From the IMG/VR virus record IMGVR_UViG_3300045988_025679, positions 1 to 30,607 of that record: a stretch of 30,607 nucleotides of DNA. One strand, given 5' to 3'. Of the stretch, positions 4,766-12,097 are shown piece after piece. The stretch's first letter is position 1. Every line of letters begins with the position of its first letter. Below the pieces are notes generated by a model. It searched no databases, was not told the origin of the DNA, and saw only the letters and a program-made list of their open reading frames with translations. Position numbers and translations under genes: made by a program. Source of the stretch: a virus.

Positions 4766-6655
4766 TCATTGCGTTCTTCGCCAAAAGAACGTGGTTATGT
4801 AGGGTTGAACGTTATTATGATGCACATTATCTCCTGCCCAACCAGTATAAACAAACGCAGAAGCATCTGTGGCATTAACCTTTTCATTTGGAGTGACATA
4901 GTTTTTTGTGCTTCTATCAATCATTACTCCAAAACTGTCAATAGTTCGTTCCTCCCAACCAGCATATCCTTTAACCATCAATCTCACACTATGATGATGT
5001 TTCGGCATTTCAGTTTCTAGCAGTTTGTGCTTATATTCACCACCGCTCGAATCAGTAGTAAAAGACATACTTGTACTACCATCGTTTCCAGTACCTTCTC
5101 CGACCAAAGTTCGACCTTGACCGAACTGTTCCCAAGTTCCACCCAAGAATGTTCCTGGGTTCTTTTTATCGTATGTGATATAGACTGCGCCAACCGGGAA
5201 TATCTTATTTAAGAAAATAGGAGCTACAATATCACCTAGTACAGTTAATGTATCTTTTTGATTAGCGTCTTGACCAAAGAGCGTCAATGATCTTCCATCT
5301 TTACCAAAGTTTATCAATGAGTAAGCAGGAGCTACAGTAAATATTTGCCATGAATAATCACTCATGAACTTATCCTTAACGCCGAACGCAACCTCATAGG
5401 AACTTGTTGCAGATGTGAATAAATTACCTGCTTTGTAATCTTGTTCAAGCGTGTAGTTGTTATCCCACGAATTTATTTTCGTCCATGAACTAGCACCACT
5501 TGCTCGATATTGAATATAGAATGATGTTACATTCTTATTGCTTAAACTAGTAAATCCAACTTTGAAGTGTAATAAAGCATATGTACCACTTGCCTCATCA
5601 ATCGCATAACTTGAGTTAGCACGTTTTGCAGTTACATTCGTTAAGCTTGGGGGACTGTATGCAGATACAGTGACCGAACCACTCTTAGATGAAGTTCGAC
5701 CACGTGAATCTGTAACTGTGATTGTGTACGACAACTTGCCACTTCCCTGTACAGTACCTGTAGTAAATGAACTATCATTATATGTTTGTCCTTCAAATTT
5801 AGTTGATACAGATGTAACAGTTGAGCCTTGACTACCACTTGTAGCAATTGAGAACTTTAATCTTGATTGACTTTGAACATGTTGACCTATTCCTACGCAG
5901 ATTGAATTTGTATCAGATATCGAGACCGTTCCAACACTAGGAACGACTCCACTTCTTACTTTAATTGTTGCATTTACTGATTTTGAGCCAACCGAAGTTG
6001 AACCACTGAATGTTTCTAATGTAAATGTAGCAATTCCGCTTATCGAATTAGGTAAGTCCTTTTCCCATGCGGTAGGAATCGTATAAGAAAAAGTGGGTGT
6101 TAATGTCCCACTTATCGTTGTTAATTCACTTGTTTTACCATTCCATGTTGCGTAGATTTTATGTGTAAAGTTTTTTGAAGCACTCGAGCCATTAATATTT
6201 ATAGTGTTACCACATTCAATACTAGGACTATCAATAGATATACTTGATGCTCTTGGAATAGTTGTCAATTTAACTGTACCACTGCAAGAACCAGTAATAG
6301 GTGCATAATATCCAGAGTTACTTCCACTGAAAGATGCACTTACCGAAATTGTTTTTGATCCATCTGCATCATGTGAAATAGTTACTGCTCCACTTTTTAC
6401 ACCGACAAGTGTATTTACTGGTACATTAGGTGTAAAGCTTTGGTTTAACACTTGAGTACCATTCACGGATACTGTAAATGTTTCAGGAATTCCGTTGTGT
6501 GTATGGTACTGCGTATTTGAACGAATACCGACCCACCACTCTACATATGATGTGTTATTTTCAACAGAATAAGATATTTCATTGATTCGCAGTATCAACG
6601 AATACTTATCCCACTGGCCACTACCAATTTGTATTCCGCCACTAAATTCTGCCAT
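4766..6655 (-). CDS. Tail fibre / receptor-binding protein with a switchable tail-collar-like C-terminal tip
   Basis: 629 aa, immediately downstream of Tal. The middle is Ser/Thr-rich and beta-like. The C-terminal region IFPVGAVYITYDKKNPGTFLGGTWEQFGQGRTLVG ... GGEYKHKL..EMPKHHH ... HNNVQPYITTFFWRRTQ fits the tail-collar/fibre-tip family pattern. Confidence 0.85.
   Translation of the reverse strand: MAEFSGGIQIGSGQWDKYSLILRINEISYSVENNTSYVEWWVGIRSNTQYHTHNGIPETFTVSVNGTQVLNQSFTPNVPVNTLVGVKSGAVTISHDADGSKTISVSASFSGSNSGYYAPITGSCSGTVKLTTIPRASSISIDSPSIECGNTININGSSASKNFTHKIYATWNGKTSELTTISGTLTPTFSYTIPTAWEKDLPNSISGIATFTLETFSGSTSVGSKSVNATIKVRSGVVPSVGTVSISDTNSICVGIGQHVQSQSRLKFSIATSGSQGSTVTSVSTKFEGQTYNDSSFTTGTVQGSGKLSYTITVTDSRGRTSSKSGSVTVSAYSPPSLTNVTAKRANSSYAIDEASGTYALLHFKVGFTSLSNKNVTSFYIQYRASGASSWTKINSWDNNYTLEQDYKAGNLFTSATSSYEVAFGVKDKFMSDYSWQIFTVAPAYSLINFGKDGRSLTLFGQDANQKDTLTVLGDIVAPIFLNKIFPVGAVYITYDKKNPGTFLGGTWEQFGQGRTLVGEGTGNDGSTSMSFTTDSSGGEYKHKLLETEMPKHHHSVRLMVKGYAGWEERTIDSFGVMIDRSTKNYVTPNEKVNATDASAFVYTGWAGDNVHHNNVQPYITTFFWRRTQ
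5034..5070 (-). repeat. Recombination site A, inside the expressed tail-fibre gene
   Basis: This is the reverse complement of 3941-3977. It lies at codons ..STS-MSFTTDSSGGEY.., exactly where similarity to the cassettes begins. Confidence 0.85.
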
Positions 6656-6659
6656 TCAA

Positions 6660-9600
6660 TCACCCTACTTTCTTGAAATCTAAAGATCCATTTGCTCTTG
6701 GAACGAATCCAAATGCACCAATTTTCAATGACTGCGTAAATTGCCCATCTGTAATGTACATTGTTTGGTCGTTTATATATGTTACCTTTGCACCGTTCTT
6801 TTGAATCGACCACTCTTCATTTGTAATCTTAGTCTTAAATGCACTGTTTGATTTACCTAAAGTTAATCCATCGTTATCAAACGACATATAACTGTTTACG
6901 TTATCTGCAGTTTGTTTTAAACCATCCAATCTACCATTCACACTGCTGATTTGACCATTCATTTCATTTTTAGCATCAGTCACGCTTTGATTAATTGACC
7001 ACGTAAAATCGCTCTTAGTTTGGCTAAACTGAGTAGATACTTCTTCTTTATAATGATTCAAAGCCGAATTTGATACGTAAGTTTCACTAACCTTTGAAGT
7101 AATTTCATTTGCCTTAGTCTCAATTGCAGATTGACGAGTGGTACGTTCTTCGTTTATTGCATCGTCTATATCTTCAGGAGCAGGAGTCCAATCTGTAGAA
7201 ATTGTGCCGATTTCTAATTTTGGTTTTCTAATATGGATAGAACCATTCTTGAATAATGCAAATCGAACACCGAAAAATTTAACATCATTGAGGGTGACAT
7301 TATCTACACCTATGTTCATATTTGACAAATCACCCTTTTTGGTTAAAACAACTTTGACCCATTCACCATTCTTTTTATCACCTTTAATTTTGACAAAAGA
7401 GTCTGAAAGATATGTATCGTGATAATAAATTCTTGCGTTATTTGCATTATAATACTCTAATATCACTGGTGACGGTATATCCCACTTTGACCAATCATCG
7501 ACTTTTAAATCAAACGATAGCGTAAAATTTTGGTTTAATAACAAATTCATGTTTACTTTTTTTGAATACATACTATATAAATTCAATGATGTCGAATTAG
7601 AAGTACTACAGGATATCGTAGAATGAGAATCATCTTTAGTGATTTTCCAACCACCACTATTATTCCAATCTGTAAAACTAGAGCTATTTCTCAATAAATT
7701 CCTACCGCCAATTTGTAGATTATCAACCTTATTACTAGTTTCAGTAATGGACTTTGCTTGTAATTTAATAGCATCGGAATTTTGTTCGATTTTAGTTGTG
7801 TTAGAAGTAACTTTATTCGTTAAATCTGCTAAATCTTTCTGAGCTTGTTCTGCTTTCTGCTTTGCATCATCCGCCACTCCCTGAGCCGTCTTTGCATTAT
7901 TGATTGCCGTAGTTGCGTTACCTTGAGCCTTAGTTGCATCAGATTGAGCTTTCTCCACTGCAGTTTCTGCGTTTGTTAAACGAGTTTGAGCTTTTGTGAT
8001 TTCGCTCTCAGTCGCATCAACTCTACCAGTCACTGATTCTAGATTAGCTTTTGCATCCGCTAATTCCTTGTTAGCATTGTCTAAATTTAATTGAGCACTG
8101 TCTGCCTTTTGTTTAGCTTCATCTGCTAATGACTGAGCACTCTGTGCATTTGTAATTGCTTGAGTAGCAGTTGATTGTGCTTGCGTTGCCTTTTTTGTTG
8201 CTTCAGTAATATCTAACTGAGCTTGAGTTGTATCTGATTGCAATCTTTCAATTGAACTTGCTTGAGTTGATATTGTATCTGCAGTTTGTTCAAACTTTGT
8301 GTTCATACTTCCTTCAAGTGTTGTTAAATCACTCTTAGAAGCATAATTTTGAGAAACCGTAGTCGATAGTTCACCTACTTTCTCTTCGATTTCAGTTGTG
8401 ACATCTGCATGAATAGATTTTGATTCAGTAGTTAAATCAACTTTTGTAGCATACGTTTCTTTTACAGTAGCAATTTCTCCTGCATTGGCATTTGCCTTAT
8501 CAACTGCATCTTGAATCTGTTGCTTTGAATCATCGATATCTCCTTTAATCGCATCAATCTGTTTCTGAGTGTTACCAGTACTAGTATTTGCTTCTTGTGC
8601 TAGTTGCATAGCTTCACTTGATTGAGTGTTAGCAGTATTAGCTAATTCATTCGCTTTTGTTGCATCTGCCTGAGCTTGAGTTGCTTTATCAACTGCTTCT
8701 TTGGATTGCACATTTGCTTGAGATACTTGTGTATGGATTACACCAATCTTTGCATCAATCTCATTCCACGTGTTATCAAATATCGCTTTCGTGTACTTAA
8801 TTTCACTTGGATTAGCATACGTACACTTCCATCTTTTCCAAAGGAACTTATCACTTTGATAAACAACATTACCAACAAACCACTCACCACCGTTTAATTC
8901 AGTTTGTGATGTTGAATAATAGAACTGTTCCTCTGCACTTACAAATGATTGACCGTCCTCACCCTTAATTGCACTCCATCTGTATTTTGTTGGGTCATCA
9001 CTGCCATATTGCTTTGAGTCAGAATACTGACCAATAAATTTACGATTTGATTCTGTCAAACTAAAATCAACACGACCATCTGAACTGTTGGCATAGGCAA
9101 TATGCACATATGCACTTGTACCATTCTGACCGTCTTGTAATCGCATTACAGTGACTTCTGCACTTGCTTTAAGTATTTCACCACTCATTGCTTTAAATCG
9201 ATATACGGCCTTTTCCGTGAAGTCTGAAGCGTTGACTGTGATTGTTTGACTTGTTGATATTTGATCGTCGTCTTTATACCAAATAATTGAATACTTAGAT
9301 GTGATATCAACTCCATCATTCTTAACAATTGCAGTTAATTGAGTCGAATCTGAATCAGTCTTAAATAGAATTCCATTTGAAGATACAATTGAGCCTTCAT
9401 AAACTTTCTTTAACTCAATCATCTTGTTCATTTCACTGATCAGAGCCGAACTAATCTGCGATTGCTTTTCTTCAAAGTTATCAAAGATAGTTTTGCATTT
9501 CTCTGAATCTGTAAAACAAATCTCTTGTTCTGTGATTCGTGCTTCTAAATATAAAGTAGGACTATACTCCGCATCTTCAATCGTGAACGTATCACCGATA

Positions 9601-10571
9601 TCCGCATCAATATATGCATCTACATCATATGTAACTTTAGGAACACAATTCTTTTTCAATTGAGCTAGTGCTTGACCATATAAGGTTTCTACACTGTCTG
9701 TTTCATAAGACCACACTAGCACTGCATACATATCGTTTGAATGATTTGTTAATAACGTACTAGGAAATCTATCTCTAGATTGAGGTGCAAGTATATTGTT
9801 ACCTTGAACTTTATACAAAATATTTCCATTTGAATCTTTTACAACACGGCCACTAATCGAGTTAAGTTGTAACCCATTATTACCCGTAGGTCTGATACCT
9901 GTATACAACTCTGTAATATCACTTGTTTTAGTGATTCCGTAAACATCATTAGGATATCTTAAGATCGTGCTACGCTTATCACTTCCCATTCCTTGAACGG
10001 AATCTGAATGAGCTCTGTAAATATTCAACACAAAATTCTTCAAAGAATAATCATCATTCAATTGAGTTACGAACTCTAATTCTGCATCAAATACATTTGC
10101 AATTGAATACAATCGAGCTAGTACAGTATCGCTACCAGTCCACTCATGCGTGATACGTTTGTCTGATACCTCATTTTTGCCAATTACGAACGATTTCTCA
10201 AATCCATACGCATTTACATATTCTGCAAATGACATAGCTCTAGGAGCTTTATAAGCATCTACATATTCATTCGTTAATTCAAGGCAAAGGCCATAGGCGG
10301 TAACATTTGTTGTGTCACCACCTTTTTCTACGTTCATGATAGTTAAGTAGTAGCCTTTGTTTTTTCTTGTAAAGCTCAGTTTATTTCCTTCAACTAAAAA
10401 TGCTGCATCATCATGTGCAGTCAATGTAGTAAATTCGAATGTATACGATGAGCCTTTTAAATAAGTATGCAATGTTTCATCAAAGTAATGCATTGCACTA
10501 GGTACTGTGTTGTCTAAAAAAGCTAGAACTTTGTCATAAGGAGTTAATACTGCTATTCTGATTTGTTCCAT
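6660..10571 (-). CDS. Tal-type tail tip protein (phage minor structural protein / prophage tail endopeptidase N-terminal domain) with a long coiled coil and a CBM-like module
   Basis: About 1300 aa, located after Dit. The ORF opens at 10580, but ATG 10571 has better GGGAGG spacing and overlaps the Dit stop (TAATG). A long Ala/Gln/Thr-rich coiled coil is followed by the IGGRNLLRNS... module typical of carbohydrate-binding extensions. Confidence 0.8.
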   Translation of the reverse strand: MEQIRIAVLTPYDKVLAFLDNTVPSAMHYFDETLHTYLKGSSYTFEFTTLTAHDDAAFLVEGNKLSFTRKNKGYYLTIMNVEKGGDTTNVTAYGLCLELTNEYVDAYKAPRAMSFAEYVNAYGFEKSFVIGKNEVSDKRITHEWTGSDTVLARLYSIANVFDAELEFVTQLNDDYSLKNFVLNIYRAHSDSVQGMGSDKRSTILRYPNDVYGITKTSDITELYTGIRPTGNNGLQLNSISGRVVKDSNGNILYKVQGNNILAPQSRDRFPSTLLTNHSNDMYAVLVWSYETDSVETLYGQALAQLKKNCVPKVTYDVDAYIDADIGDTFTIEDAEYSPTLYLEARITEQEICFTDSEKCKTIFDNFEEKQSQISSALISEMNKMIELKKVYEGSIVSSNGILFKTDSDSTQLTAIVKNDGVDITSKYSIIWYKDDDQISTSQTITVNASDFTEKAVYRFKAMSGEILKASAEVTVMRLQDGQNGTSAYVHIAYANSSDGRVDFSLTESNRKFIGQYSDSKQYGSDDPTKYRWSAIKGEDGQSFVSAEEQFYYSTSQTELNGGEWFVGNVVYQSDKFLWKRWKCTYANPSEIKYTKAIFDNTWNEIDAKIGVIHTQVSQANVQSKEAVDKATQAQADATKANELANTANTQSSEAMQLAQEANTSTGNTQKQIDAIKGDIDDSKQQIQDAVDKANANAGEIATVKETYATKVDLTTESKSIHADVTTEIEEKVGELSTTVSQNYASKSDLTTLEGSMNTKFEQTADTISTQASSIERLQSDTTQAQLDITEATKKATQAQSTATQAITNAQSAQSLADEAKQKADSAQLNLDNANKELADAKANLESVTGRVDATESEITKAQTRLTNAETAVEKAQSDATKAQGNATTAINNAKTAQGVADDAKQKAEQAQKDLADLTNKVTSNTTKIEQNSDAIKLQAKSITETSNKVDNLQIGGRNLLRNSSSFTDWNNSGGWKITKDDSHSTISCSTSNSTSLNLYSMYSKKVNMNLLLNQNFTLSFDLKVDDWSKWDIPSPVILEYYNANNARIYYHDTYLSDSFVKIKGDKKNGEWVKVVLTKKGDLSNMNIGVDNVTLNDVKFFGVRFALFKNGSIHIRKPKLEIGTISTDWTPAPEDIDDAINEERTTRQSAIETKANEITSKVSETYVSNSALNHYKEEVSTQFSQTKSDFTWSINQSVTDAKNEMNGQISSVNGRLDGLKQTADNVNSYMSFDNDGLTLGKSNSAFKTKITNEEWSIQKNGAKVTYINDQTMYITDGQFTQSLKIGAFGFVPRANGSLDFKKVG

Positions 10572-12097
10572 TATAACCATGCCTCCCTAATTCTAGCCTT
10601 TACTATTGGTTTTGATTCTGACCAACTTGAGCACGTAGTCTTTATCTCTGTAGTTCCTACTGGAGCTTTAAAATACTTAGTTTCTAAAACCTCATCTTGA
10701 GGTCTATACATTCCGTTTACATAAACGTGCGATGATTTACCATCAATTGTAATTTTCGTACCATTAGGATATCTATTAGGAATATCTCTCCATTTTGATA
10801 CATTGTTTTTCGTGAAGTTGATTACATCAAAGCCCATCATACTCATTAGTTGATTACCGCCTCTGTTACCCCATTGCTTGAATGCAATCTGAATCTTGGC
10901 ACACTTCATATTTGCAATTTCTGGGATATAATAATTGTAATATCCTCCGTAATAGAAGAAGCGGATATTTCCGCCTTCTTTTAAAATATCGCAATGTCCC
11001 CAATTCCAGTACCAAGGATTTTGAGATTGTAAATGAGAAGTAGTATATGAGAAGTTTCTTAACATTTTACCATTCGCCCAAAACTCATAGTGACCTGTAT
11101 TTCCAACTGTATCTGTCTTGTACCAGTTACAACCGCAAATCAGTTTATTATCTGCAGTTAAGAAGTTGATACACATTTCTCCTGTTTGCCCCATTAGACC
11201 TGCATAAAACAACAAATGAAAATAACAATAGAAGTTCTTAGATCCACTTGAATCTCCATTTGAATCTGCAGGTATTACCAAGGTTCTTAATCCACCGCTC
11301 GCAGACCCTTTTTTTGTTCCAACAGTTCCAAATCCAATAAACTTTTGATTAAACCAAGTGTGTTCGGCTAATGTACCATTCGAACCGTACTGAGGATGCA
11401 TTACATCCGTTCCACTAGTGTCATCTGCACAATTATAGAAATTGTTGATGCTAACTAAATGTTCGCTTTGTTGATATGTTTCTGAATCAAGTTCTTCGAT
11501 TTTTCCATACTGCATTACTCCTTCAGTTGATACGATACCAATATATCCAGTTTCAGATGTTACCTGAACCTCATAATCAATACTTACAGGTACAGTTCCT
11601 TCATTGACAATGTTTAACACTCCATCCGTTGCAGTGAACTCTTTTTCTGCAGTTGAATATTTCCTAGGGTCTGAGCAATAGATTTCGATTTCACCGATTA
11701 CGTTATTACTTCCGCCATCAACTTGTGTGTTAGATGTCTTAGTTCCAATGAAATACTTGTCGCTTTCATCATTAAAAATGACTTTTACTTGCTCGCCACT
11801 CAACAATTTATTCATCTTGTTGTAAGCTTCTCGAAATTCTCTGTTTCCTCTTGCTCTCAACTGATATTTAACAGTAATCGTTCTTGCAGGAGTTGTTTTA
11901 TATCTGTAATAAGAACCATCCATTCCATCAATTTCAGTATGTTTTACTTCTGATTCCATCAACTCACGTCCTGTTACAGAAAGTGTACGATATCCATCTA
12001 TTTCATTTTCTAAATATACGCCATTATATGACATGGCTTCTGTCGGTAGGTTAGTACCGACGATGCCACTATTTACTGTATTTACGAATGCATACAT
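10571..12097 (-). CDS. Distal tail protein (Dit), extended form
   Basis: 508 aa, directly after the tape measure gene. The N-terminal siphovirus-tail pattern (..GYRTLSVTGRE....IDGMDGSYY...ARTITVKY) is followed by a large C-terminal insertion. Confidence 0.75.
   Translation of the reverse strand: MYAFVNTVNSGIVGTNLPTEAMSYNGVYLENEIDGYRTLSVTGRELMESEVKHTEIDGMDGSYYRYKTTPARTITVKYQLRARGNREFREAYNKMNKLLSGEQVKVIFNDESDKYFIGTKTSNTQVDGGSNNVIGEIEIYCSDPRKYSTAEKEFTATDGVLNIVNEGTVPVSIDYEVQVTSETGYIGIVSTEGVMQYGKIEELDSETYQQSEHLVSINNFYNCADDTSGTDVMHPQYGSNGTLAEHTWFNQKFIGFGTVGTKKGSASGGLRTLVIPADSNGDSSGSKNFYCYFHLLFYAGLMGQTGEMCINFLTADNKLICGCNWYKTDTVGNTGHYEFWANGKMLRNFSYTTSHLQSQNPWYWNWGHCDILKEGGNIRFFYYGGYYNYYIPEIANMKCAKIQIAFKQWGNRGGNQLMSMMGFDVINFTKNNVSKWRDIPNRYPNGTKITIDGKSSHVYVNGMYRPQDEVLETKYFKAPVGTTEIKTTCSSWSESKPIVKARIREAWL

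Larger units (their letters stand above)
3941..5070. other. Invertible multi-cassette segment (shufflon) carrying four alternative tail-fibre C-termini
   Basis: The segment is bounded by a perfect 37-bp inverted repeat (3941-3977 / 5034-5070). It contains two further copies of the core site and three silent cassettes, plus the currently expressed C-terminal 100 codons. Confidence 0.8.

Noticed and set aside
3943-5070. A diversity-generating retroelement (DGR) as the explanation for the fibre-tip variants
   Set aside because: There is no reverse transcriptase in the window. The copies differ by length and wholesale replacement, not adenine-specific substitutions. They are bounded by inverted-repeat sites, not a TR/VR pair.
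6595-6813. Alternative-frame minus-strand ORFs overlapping real genes (6595-6813, 5641-5847, 17308-17514, 23172-23357, 28171-28416)
   Set aside because: They overlap strongly supported reading frames on the same strand, have no RBS, and have implausible compositions.
7840-8240. The Tal coiled-coil repeat read as a DNA tandem repeat or contingency locus
   Set aside because: The similarity is at the protein level only. The two segments are about 250 nt apart and diverged at the nucleotide level, so slipped-strand variation is unlikely.
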